From Eledone cirrhosa (lineage: Eukaryota): 64,000 bases of DNA. Below, one piece after another: positions 1-12,800 of this stretch (position 1 is its first letter; the number at the start of each line of letters is the position of its first letter). The stretch covers positions 372,558,001 to 372,622,000 of the forward strand of contig OZ024741.1 in NCBI GenBank assembly GCA_964016885.1, in the 5' to 3' direction. The translations under genes were made by a program, and so were the position numbers. The notes under the pieces were generated by a model that was given only the letters and a program-made list of their open reading frames with translations, was not told where the DNA came from and ran no database searches.

Positions 1-2175
1 CTCACCAGTGGAGGGCTGTAAAGTTGTAGCATTGTGTGCACTATGCATATGTTGTTGAAGTGTTAACTCATCAGGGAAGCTTTCAGCACAGTAGGAACAG
101 TGCCACAGTTCAGACTGTTGTTCTTTACTTGTATGGACAGTAGCTAAGTGATTCTTGAGGGAAGAGTGTTCACAAAATACTTTCTCACAATGAGGACACT
201 GGTGTGGTCGCACTCCTGTGTGGGTACGTAGATGTCGCTTTAGATCCCCATGTTGTGAAAATTTCTTGCTACAGTGGACACATAAATATGGTTTTTCGCC
301 AGTGTGGGTGCGGACATGCTGTCGAAGACTGGCTTCACTAAAGAAACCTTTGCCACAACGTAAACATTTAAAAGGTCGTTCTCCTGAATGCAGAGATATG
401 TGTCGCTTCAGGTTTGATTCATCAACATAACACTTGTTGCATTCTTCACATTTGAATGCACCTTTTGTAGTGGTACGAGTACCACTTCGTTTTGATGGTT
501 TGTTAGCTTTTGTTGAACGGGTGCCTTTTTTTTTGGTAGCATTCTTGCTGTTGTCATCATTGTTGTTGTTGTTGTTGCTTTGGTCACTGTTAGAGGGGTC
601 ATGGATGGTAACATGATACTTTAGTGAAGACTGGTTATGGAAAGCTTTCCCACACTGCTTACAAGTGTACGGCTTCTCATCTGTGTGGATACGCATGTGG
701 CGACGTAATGACGTGCGCTCTGAAAACGGTCGATTGCACTCGAGACACATGAAAGGTTTTTCGCCCGTGTGGGTGCGCAGATGTGACTTCAAGTGGGAGG
801 CATGAATAAATGATTTCTGGCATTTTAAACACTTATATGGCTTCTCACCAGTGTGCTTGGCCAGGTGGTTTTTCAGCGAAGTTTGGTTGTAGAACGAATC
901 CCTGCAGTACAGACAGACATATGGACGCTCTCCGCTGTGCAGACGCAAATGCCTCTTCAGCGACGACTGTTCCGAGAACGCACGTGGGCACTTGTGACAT
1001 TTGTGTGGCTTTTCACCCGTATGTGTGCGTACATGCGATTTCAAGTGCGATGTAGTTGCAAAGCATTTTTCGCAATGTGCACATTTGAATGGTCGGTCAA
1101 TATTGCTCTTGCGTAGATGTGAAAACAATTGGTATTTAGTCTTGTATGGCTGATTGCTTTCTTCTTCTGGTTCATCATATGACCACTCATAGATACTCTC
1201 TCTCTCCTTCAGACTGAGACCAGATGCATTAGCACCACTACTACCATCACCAGATGTGGCACTGTTGCTTTTACCTGTTTTCTGGTTGCTATTAGTAGTT
1301 TGGGGTTGCTGGTCTTTTTTCGCTTCACTCTCTGCCTGATCCTTTTTCTCTATTTTTAAATCATCATTAACTATCATTCCTTCTAATTCTTTCCCACTTC
1401 TTTCTATATCCTCTCCTCCTCCACCATCATCATGATTCTCATCATCATCATCATCATCGTCATCATCGTCATCATCGTCATCATCGTCATCATCATCATC
1501 ATCATCGTCAGCCTCCTCATTATCATCATCTTCATCATCATCATCGTCATCATCATCATCATCATTGCCATTTCCATCTCTTTCTTGTTCAGCTTTCACT
1601 TTTTCTGCTGCAGATTCCAATACTTGTTTGGAATCCATTATAAGATTCACATTTCGATTGTTTGTCTTGCTAACTGTGTTTGGAGTACCTGCTACTTGCT
1701 GTTGTTGTTGTTGTTGTTGTTGATGATGTTGATGATGCTGTTGGTTGTTGCAGTGATTGTTGCCAGCAACTGCATTTGTCAAAGCTGAGCCGATGTTGTT
1801 GTTGCTGTTGTTATTGCTATTGGCATTACAATAAAGTTTCAAGTAGCTGCTGTTGCTCTTCATTGGCGCACCGTATGCACCTCCACCATCATTGCTACCA
1901 CTTCCTGTTGCCCCATTCAACAGGCTACTAGTACCACTGAATTTACCACAGGTGTTTTTCAAGTTCTTAACACCTGTCATAGAAACACTAGACTTACTGC
2001 TAAGGTAGCTGTGATGGTAGAGAGGCTTGCTGTGACGACCATTGCTGCTACTGGTCAGGCTGTTACTTCCACTGCCACTGTTCTGTACAGGTGATTGAAG
2101 TTTACCTATTGGAGGTAATGGTGAGCATCTGCTATTGTTGGTGCCGCTGCTGCTATTGTATTTAACATGGTCCAT
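1..2175 (-). CDS. C2H2 zinc-finger protein, large coding exon (>=725 aa, runs off window or splices at GTGAG at 5..1); N-terminal Ser/Asn/Gln-rich and acidic (poly-D/E) regions followed by 11 C2H2 fingers
   Basis: Manual minus-strand translation from gaaccATGG (2175): [22 protein letters not shown]...QQQQ...DDDDD...; fingers e.g. [52 protein letters not shown], through [22 protein letters not shown]. The start and the finger region are in the same frame. Not in the ORF track because no stop lies in the window. Confidence 0.92.
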   Translation of the reverse strand, partial: MDHVKYNSSSGTNNSRCSPLPPIGKLQSPVQNSGSGSNSLTSSSNGRHSKPLYHHSYLSSKSSVSMTGVKNLKNTCGKFSGTSSLLNGATGSGSNDGGGAYGAPMKSNSSYLKLYCNANSNNNSNNNIGSALTNAVAGNNHCNNQQHHQHHQQQQQQQQQVAGTPNTVSKTNNRNVNLIMDSKQVLESAAEKVKAEQERDGNGNDDDDDDDDDDEDDDNEEADDDDDDDDDDDDDDDDDDDDDDDENHDDGGGGEDIERSGKELEGMIVNDDLKIEKKDQAESEAKKDQQPQTTNSNQKTGKSNSATSGDGSSGANASGLSLKERESIYEWSYDEPEEESNQPYKTKYQLFSHLRKSNIDRPFKCAHCEKCFATTSHLKSHVRTHTGEKPHKCHKCPRAFSEQSSLKRHLRLHSGERPYVCLYCRDSFYNQTSLKNHLAKHTGEKPYKCLKCQKSFIHASHLKSHLRTHTGEKPFMCLECNRPFSERTSLRRHMRIHTDEKPYTCKQCGKAFHNQSSLKYHVTIHDPSNSDQSNNNNNNDDNSKNATKKKGTRSTKANKPSKRSGTRTTTKGAFKCEECNKCYVDESNLKRHISLHSGERPFKCLRCGKGFFSEASLRQHVRTHTGEKPYLCVHCSKKFSQHGDLKRHLRTHTGVRPHQCPHCEKVFCEHSSLKNHLATVHTSKEQQSELWHCSYCAESFPDELTLQQHMHSAHNATTLQPSTGE

Positions 2176-2380
2176 GGTTCTTGGTGCACGAAATGTGCAA
2201 AAAAATGTTCCTCAGGGCCAAGGATTAGGAATGTAAAGACAGATCAAAAAAGTGCCGTAAGAAAAATAAAGAGAGAGAGAGTGTGTGTGTGTGTCTGTGT
2301 GGAAATGAATGTATGTGTGAAAATTTCTATAACAGGTACTTCTCACTGTTGCTCACCATCTTCAAGCCACAAGATAAAAC

Positions 2381-2402
2381 CCTATAAAAGAAAAAAAAAC
2401 AT
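2381..2402 (-). promoter_or_regulatory. Splice acceptor for the ZNF exon (5'UTR part 2381-2176)
   Basis: Minus strand reads ...gttttttttttcttttatAG|GGTTTT: polypyrimidine tract plus AG. Confidence 0.6.
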
Positions 2403-2538
2403 TTTAAAAAATACACATACATGATATAATATATAATATATACACATAAAAATGCATATATGTTCATGAACGCCTCACATCATCAACAATGTTTCTGAAC
2501 ATAAAACATCTCAGGTCATGAATGGTATCTTAAATAAT

Positions 2539-2642
2539 TGTTTCTACGTTAGGCACAAGGCCAGCAATTACCCAGTGTATTACTGGTACTTTATTTTATC
2601 GACCCCGTAAGGATGAAAGGCAAAGTTAACCTCGGCGGGATT
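2539..2642 (-). mobile_element. 5'-truncated tRNA-derived SINE with 20-bp TSD
   Basis: TGAATGGTATCTTAAATAAT duplicated at 2519-2538 and 2643-2662; body matches the family core GCCTTTCATCCTTACGGGGTCGATAAAATAAAGTACCAG. Confidence 0.85.
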
Positions 2643-3427
2643 TGAATGGTATCTTAAATAATGCAAGCCAGCAACAACGGTTGGCAACAAGCTTGGAGTA
2701 TTGGTGGGAAAGCGTCATGCTGTGTAGTTAGTTACTGTGGTGATATCTATCTGTCTTTTATAGACAGCCTCTCCTTCACTGTATTTCTCTCTCAATATTT
2801 TGTATAGAAAAAATAGTTTTGGTTTACGAACATTTCAGGTGACAAATTAAGTTTGTGAACTGAGGTTCCACTATATATACAGCTGGTTAAACACGCAAAT
2901 ATATAGTCTAACTAAGGAGTTATATATCAAGATTTCATTTAACTATGAAATGTTGCTGTGTGCAGTAAAAATGAAAGCAAAAATACCTAAGCTAATAAGG
3001 CTTGTCTTTAACCCTTAACATCCACATGAAACTGTATAAACAAAACATTCTCGAAAAATACAAAACAACACAACACTATGACTGTATCATATTAAAAATT
3101 AAAGTATTTCCCCTAATACTGCAAATTTTCAAAATGATCTGTCCACTAGTAAAGATATTATAAACATTGCTAGCAAGGAAAATGGATGTTAAATGATGAT
3201 GATGAAGGTTTAAATTGAGCAACTCGTATTTAGATATTTTCTGGCTAAATCATTACAGGATGTTAAGAATTAGTTGAATTCTTTCTTAAACACAAAGATA
3301 ATTTGACTGAAATAACAAACAAGTTATTTTATTCTATAATTTTCTAATCAGAAATATAAAGGACAAACATTGTGTAAACATAGCTGATCTCTTGGGCTTT
3401 TACAAAGCACTGAGAAGATAAAGTTAA

Positions 3428-3587
3428 TATAAAACAATGATGTGCTCATGTGCAGAGATGCTATAACATAGGGTGAAGACCCTTTTAAAGACGGAAAAAA
3501 TGGCCAATGGTAACTTCTTTCTCTGTTTTCAAAGGGTCTTCACACTATTTTATAGCATCTCCGTGCATGAGCATATCATTCTTTATA
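3428..3587. repeat. Imperfect ~160-bp palindrome (MITE-like hairpin)
   Basis: aatgatgtgctcatg...gtgaagaccctttt mirrored by aaagggtcttcac...catgagcatatcatt. Confidence 0.7.
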
Positions 3588-4080
3588 AAAGACAAAGTAA
3601 AAGCTCCCCTGTCTAGGCAATGTTTACAAACATAAACTGACACTCAAAAACAGTTATATAATCCCAATTAAATCTTACATACATATATCTAATTTTAAAT
3701 ACTCCAGGTGAAAAGGGCTTGGTGTGGCACCGGATGGCAAGAGGACCTTTTGGTTTAATCAAGTAGTCAAAGATGCCATCCAAGCAAAAGAGGAGGCCTA
3801 CAATGCTTGGCTTGGAAATAAGTCCTCCTTCTTGCACTTGCAGTATAAGCAAGCATGAAAAGTCACAGCAGAGACAGTTAAGGCATCCAAAGTTAAGACA
3901 TTGGAGGACATTAGGGTTAAGCTGGAATCCGACTTCAGATCAGCAAACAACTTTGTAATAAGAAGTCCTCCTCCATGCCTACTATATATATATATATATA
4001 TATAATGATAAAATGGAGTTAAAGACTCGCGTTAATCCCCTGTAATTTAATGAGCTCAAGGAATAAGTACTGGGCTCTTC

Positions 4081-4574
4081 ATAATAGAATATATAGAGAA
4101 GAAAACACAGAAAGGGTATGTTTTCAATCCCGAGGGGTAGAGAACCACTAGAGTGAAGAACATTAAGTCTACGAAAAGTGTGGAAAATACATAATAATTA
4201 AAAAGTTAAATTAAAATATACAGACCCACCTTTATAACTATAAAACACCTTGACAATCGCAAAGAAGAGAATGTTTCGCCATAACTTCTCAGGTTTTGTT
4301 GGTAGAAGTAAAGAAGATATGGTCAATACTTCAACCAACAAGACCTGAGAAGTTATGGCAACAACACTGTTTATGGAGAAACATTCTCTTCTTTGAGATT
4401 GTCAAGGTGTTTTATAGTTATAAAGGTGGGTCTGTATATTTTAATTTAACTTTTTAATTATTATGTATTTTCCACACTTTTCGTAGACTTTATGTTCTTC
4501 ACTCTAGTGGTTCTCTACCCCTCGGGATTGAAAACATACCCTTTCTGTGTTTTCTTCTCTATATATTGTATTAT
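4081..4574. repeat. Near-perfect ~490-bp palindrome in (TA)n, probably Penelope-like pLTR inversion
   Basis: Arms 4081-4310 and 4327-4574 are reverse complements with a few mismatches and one ~19-nt indel; CTGAGA...GAAAC hammerhead-like remnant at about 4345-4385. Confidence 0.85.
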
Positions 4575-4970
4575 ATATATATAATCTGTTAATCTAGTTA
4601 TATTTCTCAGAAGTTTTGCTACCTATTCCCTTTCTTCTCCACATAAAGTGCAGCAAAACACACTGAAACACCTTAGTGATTATCCATAAACTGTTAATCC
4701 TATATATTATCCACTATGTTGTTGTCTCTACAGCCTACAAATATCAACCTAACAATGAGGCTGTTGTTGGTCTACTCATGTAAGGTAGGAAGTGCTGGTG
4801 CCAAGAAAAATGCTCCCAGTACATGCTGTAAAGTGATTTGCATTAGGAATGGCTTCCAGCCATAAAAAAAAACATACAAGCCAAAAATGGAAAGTATGAA
4901 CAAGACATGGTCAGCTGACCTGTCTAACCTCACAAAGTTACAACTCATGGAAAATATACAAACTGTCATG

Positions 4971-5157
4971 ATAATTGTTTCTACTTTAGGCACAAGGCCA
5001 GCAATTACCCAGTGCATTACTGGTACTTTATTTTATTGACCCTGTAAGGATGAAAGGCAAAGTCAACTTCGGCGGGATTTGAACTCAGATCGTAAAGGGA
5101 CGTAACTATGCTGGAAAGCATGGCGTCCGACCCTCTACCGATACTGCCAATCCACCG
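4971..5157 (-). mobile_element. tRNA-derived SINE (full length)
   Basis: Reverse complement has A-box TGGCAGTATCGG, B-box GAGTTCAAATCC, the conserved core and an ...GTAGAAACAATTAT tail. Confidence 0.85.
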
Positions 5158-6219
5158 ATAATGATATATATATATAAAGAGAGACTCTGTAGTGTTGAGA
5201 CCAGGGAGACCACTAATCATGGGAGTACTCAATGCATCAGGAGATGCAGAGTGGGTATAGAGATATGAAAAATCGTGGCGCCAAGCAGTTTGGGCTTATG
5301 TGTCGCATAAGCCAAAACTGCTTTGCAACTAGTCAGGATTTTACATCTCTCTCTCTCTATATATATATATCATCATCATAATTTAATGTCCATTTTCCAC
5401 ACTTGCATAGGTTAGATGTTATCTCCTTATGAAACAATTCAGGTCAGGAGGTTTTGATAATTGGATATGCTTTCTTATAGAAACAATTTTTGAATATGTA
5501 CTTATTCAAATAGATTACTAATTAGTAATACAGAATTGATTTGAAATCACACAGCTGTTAGTAAACTAACCTCCTGTGGTTTGCACATTTGCATCAAAAG
5601 TTTATTCAGGAAAAATTGCTTCCTAGATTTAAAACTTCAATCACAGTATACCATGAAAATTTGGCTAAGCCTTCACGGTTCCCCCAAAATCGCTTCATGG
5701 ACCCCAGTTTGGGAACCACTGTGTTAGAGGTATGTGATTTAATTATTGCCTTGCAACATTTCATCTTTTTTTATTTTGTCTTCCTATTTTCCTTTTTTTT
5801 TTATTATTGTAATGTTTGCATGTATGGTCCCATAACTCTCGAGGGAGTCGTAGGGGACACTGTATTGGCATATGGCATTTCTAAACCTGGCAGAGCCCAT
5901 CTCTTTTCCAGGTTTGAAAACAGCCAATTTCTTCCAGAGAAAGACAGTGAGTGAGAGAATGAAAGTGAGAAAGGGATATAGAGGAAGAATCGATTCCAGT
6001 ACTGGACTGGTTCTTTTTTTATCGAACTTGAAAGGAGGAAAAGCAAAGTTGACTTCAGCGGGATTTGAACTCGGAGAGCAGAGAGTCAAAACGAATACCT
6101 TTGTAATGTTTACAAATATAGAATATCAATTAATACTATTCTTATAAAAAATATTAGTTATGTACGCACGCGCACACACACATCGCTTTAACATCTGCTT
6201 TTCTTGCTAACCCATACAT

Positions 6220-6930
6220 CATCCTTTTACGTCTGCTTTTCCCTGCTTGCAAGGGTGGGACAGGTCCTCTTCAGCACAGCATCTCTCCATTTCTCACGGT
6301 CCTTCATCATTTCCTCCGTGAGCTTCAGCGATCTGAGGTCAGCTCTCATCACGTCCTCCCATGCTTTCCGTGGTCTTCCTTCCACTGAGATTACTTGGCA
6401 CTTATTCATCCAGTGGTCATCATCCATGCGCATCACATGGCCATACTATACAGTCTTCTCTCCCGCACACTACAGTTTATTCCTTTTATTCACAGTTTCT
6501 CTCTCAACTCATCCATGCTTGGTCATTTATGCACATCCATCGAAAATGCTTGCTTTATTTCTCTCCAGCCTTCGCATATCCTTTGCCGTCACTGCCCATG
6601 TCTCACTACCATGCATTTAACACAGGCATCATACAACCGACCTTTTGTTCATAGGGAGAAACTCTTCGTTGTCAACAGAGGAAGCAGCTCCCTAAACTTC
6701 TTCCATCCTGTCCTTATTCTAGATACTATGGCATCGGAGCATCCTCCTCCCTTTCTAATTTGATCACCTAGATATCGGAAGTAATCAATCACCTCTACAG
6801 ATCCTACCAGCATTTGAAAAATGTGCCTATCACTGACACTTCTGTTATTAATCTTCCCTGAACATCTACTACATATGAAGTTTACCTGTCCTGTTAGTTT
6901 GCCTGCTCTCCCACTACACCTCTTGTGTAC
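6220..6930 (-). mobile_element. RTE LINE 3' fragment (degenerate)
   Basis: ORFs 6649-7047 and 6227-6436 (SWVHKRCSG...YLGDQI...RIRTGWKKFRELLPLL; GRPRKAWEDVMRADL) match the RTE at 9810. Confidence 0.85.
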
Positions 6931-8283
6931 CCAAGATCTGCATATATATATATATATATGTGTGTGTGTTGAACCTTCTTCTACTTCCTCCAAGCGTGAA
7001 CCTAATATAACTGTAATTTTGCATTCCTGTGTTTTGTTTTGTTTCATTCATTAACTATATATATATATATAGTCTGCAGTGCTGTGACTGGGGAGTCCAC
7101 AAATCATGGAAGTACTTAATGCATGGAGAAATGCAGAGAAATGCATGGAGAAATGCAGAGATGTATACCTCTCTCTCTGATGATGATGATATATGTGTAT
7201 ATATATATTACGATGGTGATGATATATGTGTATATATATATATAATGATGATGATATGTGTGTGTGTGTGTATATATATATATATACACATATATACATA
7301 TATCATCATCATCGTTTAACGTCCAATGCAAGATTGGTCAGGAGACCATGTCTTGTTCGTACAGAACTGTCTCTGGCAGGTTTTCTACGGCTGGATGTTC
7401 TTCCTAACACCAACCACATTTACAGTGTGGACTGAGAGCCTTTTTACCGTGTCTTCTACATGTCCACTTTACAGTGTGGATTGGGTGCTTTTTATCATGT
7501 CACCTACACCATCACTTTACAGTGGATAGAAATGGGAGGATGGAGAAGGGTGTGTGGGGTGAGGCATATATTGGGTTGCCTACTGACTGTAGATTTAAGT
7601 TTGTATGCAAGGGAAGGTGGGTCTTCTGTATATATATATATAAATATATATACATGTATATATTCACACAGAACCTATGCCTCTTACCTGGGTCGCTATG
7701 GTCAGAGTAGCTATCATTAGCATAGTAGTATGTATAACAACTAGCCCCACACCCATCGTGGTCAAGCCTACTAAACCCTCAATGACAAGCTTGCTATTCG
7801 GGGATGGTCTGCAGCAACAATAACACCTATGTCGCGGGCCATCTCTGAATCAAATTATTTTTCTATATTTTCTGTTTGTATTTGCTGAAATTCGTTTATT
7901 GATTAACTAATTATGCAAACTAATATGTAACTTTGTTCCTACACCAACCACAATGATGGATGAGTTGCGTAACTTAGAGTGCTTTTCCTAATATTACATC
8001 ATGTTTAACTAAACGGAATGACCAGTTCTATCCAGTGGTGAACCACCAAACTTAAATGAATATATATATATTTCGTTTCTGAATTTGTTTAGCAAAATTC
8101 TTTATCTGAAAACGTGTGTTGAAACCGATATTGTTATACTTTGGGAGGGTCATGTTGCCAATAAGAAACACACGCACCAGTTGCTTTCACTCCAATTTAT
8201 TATAAATTAAATTTATAAATTTAAGAATTTATTAATTTCTGGTTGGTTGGTTGGTTCCATAACCGGATGGTTGTTCATATATT

Positions 8284-8326
8284 GTCAAAGTTCTTTCGTC
8301 ACACATTCTGTGACCTCTTCAGTAAC
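8284..8326 (-). ncRNA. Minimal type I hammerhead ribozyme motif (Penelope-like)
   Basis: Reverse complement: gtta CTGAAGA g GTCACA gaatg TGTGAC GAAA gaac TT tgac; stem I gtta/tgac, 6-bp stem II, very short stem III. Confidence 0.6.
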
Positions 8327-8408
8327 TGGGGATTCTTTTCTTTGTTTTTGTGCCTCTCCTTTGTTCTGTCCTACACCATCTTGTTTTTGTGTGTGTTGTA
8401 TGCACACA

Positions 8409-8460
<52 letters not shown>

Positions 8461-8466
<6 letters not shown>

Positions 8467-9566
8467 CATGACGTTATTATTGTTAATTTTACTGATGTAG
8501 TATTAACTTATTAACTTGGATATTTACCATGCGGTATTCTAATCCTATTGTATCTCTCTCAGTTATTTACCATGCGACCCTCAGTTCCTACCCCCCCCCC
8601 CCCTCCTCTCTATGCACTTCTTTAAGGCTTACTACCCTGTCTTTAACCTAATTCATTCAATCTGAAAATATTGAAGAGATAAGACACTTTGCCATTCTTC
8701 TCTGCTAAAATGTACCACTAGAGCTGATTCAAATTTTCCCAGCCAGCCATCCACCTAATCTACGAAGGTATTTTAGCCTACATATTGTCGTTAATATTAT
8801 GATGTTCCCTGCTGTATTAGCGTTAAATTTTCCCTGCTGTATTAGCGATAAATTTTCGAGGGTTTCTCTTAGTAGCTTTTTCATGTCGTTAATATTATGA
8901 TGTTCCCTGCTGTATTAGCGTTAAATTTTCCCTGCTGTATTAGCGATAAATTTTCGAGGGTTTCTCTTAGTAGCTTTTTTCATGACGTTATTATTGTTAA
9001 TTTTACTGATGTAGTATTAACTTATTAACTTGGATATTTACCATGCGGTATTCTAATCCTATTGTATCTCTCTCAGTTATTTACCATGCGACCCTCAGTT
9101 CCTACCCCCCCCCCTCCTCTCTATGCACTTCTTTAAGGCTTACTACCCTGTCTTTAACCTAATTCATTCAATCTGAAAATATTGAAGAGATAAGACACTT
9201 TGCCATTCTTCTCTGCTAAAATGTACCACTAGAGCTGATTCAAATTTTCCCAGCCAGCCATCCACCTAATCTACGAAGGTATTTTAGCCTACATATTGTC
9301 GTTAATATTATGATGTTCCCTGCTGTATTAGCGTTAAATTTTCCCTGCTGTATTAGCGATAAATTTTCGAGGGTTTCTCTTAGTAGCTTTTTCATGTCGT
9401 TAATATTATGATGTTCCCTGCTGTATTAGCGTTAAATTTTCCCTGCTGTATTAGCGATAAATTTTCGAGGGTTTCTCTTAGTAGCTTTTTTCATGACGTT
9501 ATTATTGTTAATTTTACTGATGTAGTATTAACTTGGATATTTACCATGCGACCCTCAGTTCCTACC
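8461..9566 (+). repeat. Tandem ~512-bp monomers (2 full + partial), each with an internal 98-bp duplication, forming the 5' end of the RTE LINE
   Basis: catgacgtta recurs at 8467, 8981 and 9492; tgtcgttaatatt at 8786 and 8884; units are almost identical. Confidence 0.9.
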
Positions 9567-9809
9567 TCACAATTTCCCTCCCCCCCACCCCCACACACCA
9601 CCATAGTCTATTCGACCAATCAAACCTAGCATGCCATTTCCACTGCTGCTGCTGCTACTACCTGCCTAACTAACTCTCTCCTCCTCTGGCGCATCCCAAC
9701 ACACCCTGCCATTACCCCACCACCACTGTCCTTCTAGCCCTCAATTTTCCCACCGTTATGGATGGATGAGCTGGGAATACACGAGCAACTCTGAATCAAT
9801 AGATGAAAT

Positions 9810-12800
9810 ATGAATCTGCGAGCTACCAAGCACCCACGTGAAGCGCCAACCCAGAGACCCTCCCCTACGAGTGTCGACAAATGCCCAAAACTCCGAGTTG
9901 GTACCATCAATGTAGGCTCAATGAAAGGAAGAGCAGGAGAAATCGTAGAAATGCTAGAGCGAAAGGAAGTTGATGTATGCTGTGTGCAAGAGACTAGATG
10001 GAGAGGAGGGTCTGCTAGAGTCCTTGTAGGAAAAAGCCAGTGCTACAAATTTTTCTGGGTGGGAAATGACGATGGGATGGGTGGTGTAGGTATACTATTA
10101 GCTGACAAGTGGGTAGATAAAGTAATCTCAGTGTACAGGGTAAATGCAAGAATCATTAAACTCAGACTAGTCCTGAATAAGACAATTACCACAATAATAT
10201 CAGCTTACGCACCCCAATCGGGGCTGCCAGACGAACTTAAGGATAGGTTTTACGAGTCCCTAATACACACTACTGCTCTAACAGACGACAAGGACTTCCT
10301 AATCATTGCAGGAGATTTTAACGGACACGTAGGTAAACACTGCGACGGCTTCAATAGAGTACATGGAGGCCATGGAGTTGGCACAAGGAATGAGGAAGGA
10401 TTCAGACTTCTAGAATTCTGCGACGCCAATGACATGTCGATATGTAACACAAACTTTAAAAAACCCGACAACCACCTGATCACCTATAGATCAGGGGAGC
10501 ACTCTAGTCAGTTAGATTTTATCCTCATCAGAGGACGTGACAGATGGACGGTCGTAAACACAAAAGCCTTCCCTAGTGAGGAATGTACATCCCAACATAG
10601 CTTAGTTGTCAGCGACCTCACGGTCAGAACTAGACGAGCCCTGAAACAGAGGCCAACCTGGAGAAGAAAGATCTGGAAGCTGAAAGTCCCCTCAACCAGT
10701 AACAGATTTAAAGATATTTTACTCAACGCCTACGACAGTAAAGAAGAACAGATAGAGACATTTAACGTAGAAGAGAACTGGGAGTTCCTAAAAAATAACT
10801 TACTAGAGGCGACGGATGAGGTTTGTGGCTGGAGTAAGACCTCAAGCAGGAGGAGAGTGACTTGGTGGTGGAACAATAAGGTAGATGAAGCAGTCAAGGC
10901 CAAGAGACAGGCATGGAAAGAATGGAAGAACGGGGGGAGCAGGGTACATTACATAGAGACCAAGAGGGAAGCTAGGCGACAAGTATACTTAGCTAGGAGG
11001 GAAGCAGAGGATAGAAAATTCAAGCATGTTTTACAACGTGAGGACCAGAAACAGGAGGTATTCAAGATTGCGAGGCAGTGTGTCAGAGATAGTTGTGATG
11101 TCATTGGAGAGAAGTGTATCCGGAATGATAAAGGTGAGCTTGCCCTCACAAGTGCTGAGAAGAAAGATGCATGGAAGAGTCATTATGATAGATTACTAAA
11201 TGAGGAGAATGCATGGGAAGAAGAGACCCTACCCCACGTAGACCCTATAGAGGGACCAGCAGTACAAGTCAGCGGCAGCGTAGTAAGTAAGGCAATCAGA
11301 GATATGAAGATAGGGAAGGCAACCGGTCCATCGGGTATAGCTGCCGAGATGCTGAAGGCATCTGGGTCTGTAGGTCACACTATAACCACACGTATCGTTA
11401 ACCAGGTAATACTAGAGGGGGCCATACCAAAAGATTGGTGCAGTAGCATCATTGTCAACTGCTACAAAGGTAAAGGCGATGCACTAGATAGAGGAAACTA
11501 TAGAGGTATAAAGTTGATGGACCAGGTCATGAAAGTAACAGAAAGAGTTATAGCACAGCTGATTAGGGACCGGGTGAATATAGACGAGATGCAATTTGGG
11601 TTTGTTCCAGGGAAAGGCACCACTGATGCGCTCTTCCTTGTGAGGCAATTACAGGAAAAGTACCTAGCTAAAAGTAAGCCACTCTACTTGGCATTTGTCG
11701 ACCTTGAGAAAGCCTTTGACAGAGTTCCACGTGCAGTAATCTGGTGGGCTCTTAGAAAACTAGGAGTAGATGAATGGCTTGTGAAAGCGGTACAAGCCAT
11801 GTATAGGGGAGCAGTCAGCAAAGTTAGGATTGGCAATGAGTATAGCGAGGAATTTAGCGTACAGGTTGGGGTCCACCAGGGCTCTGTTCTTAGCCCTCTC
11901 CTGTTCATCATAGTCCTGCAGGCAATAACGGAGGAGTTTAAGACCGGATGCCCATGGGAACTCCTGTATGCTGATGACCTCGCACTCATAGCTGAATCTA
12001 TGGTAGAACTAGAGAATAAATTCCAAACCTGGAAGCAGGGACTAGAGAGAAAGGGCCTCAAAGTCAACATGACAAAGACTAAGGTCCTTATAAGTAGACG
12101 AGAAAACAGAACCCAGATCCCCTCAGGGAAATGGCCTTGCTCAGTATGTAGGAAAGGTGTAGGTAGGAACTCCATTCTTTGCCCCAAATGCAAACAATGG
12201 GTACACAAGAGATGTAGCGGGATCTCAGGAAGCTTAATTAAGAATGTAGGATTCACATGCAGCAGCTGTGCTGAAACAGCAAGCAAACAGCCACAGGAAA
12301 CAAGTACCACCAATCTCTGGGAGGGCCCTGTAGAAACAGTAGACAGCTTCTGCTACCTAGGTGACCGAATTAGCAACGGAGGTGGGTGCTCAGAAAGTAC
12401 AATAACTAGGGTAAGAACGGGATGGAAGAAGTTTAGGGAACTACTACCACTGCTAGCTGCAAAAGGCTTCTCCCTCAAAATGAAAGGCAGACTGTATGAT
12501 GCGTGTATCCGAACAGCGATGTTGCATGGTAGTGAGACCTGGGCGCTGAAGGTGGAAGACTTACGTAGATTAGAGAGAAACGAAGCCTGCATGCTCCGAT
12601 GGATGTGTAACAGTAATATACGTGAACGACAAAGCATAAATGAATTGAGAGAGAGACTGAGCATAAGAGGAATCAAATGCTGCGTGCAGGAGAGGCGGTT
12701 ACGCTGGTATGGACATGTGATGCGTATGAAGGATGACAGCTGCATAAAAAGGTGCAGAGCACTAGAAGTTGATGGAAACCGCGGAGTGGGGAGACCCAAG

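Noticed and set aside
1432-1931. Hydrophobic poly-I/L/V ORFs on the plus strand
   Set aside because: Antisense shadows of the poly-D/Q/N tracts of the ZNF exon.
11684-12799. Minus-strand ORFs of 209 and 148 aa, repeated at 38552-39184
   Set aside because: Antisense to the RTE ORF; recurrence is explained by copy identity.
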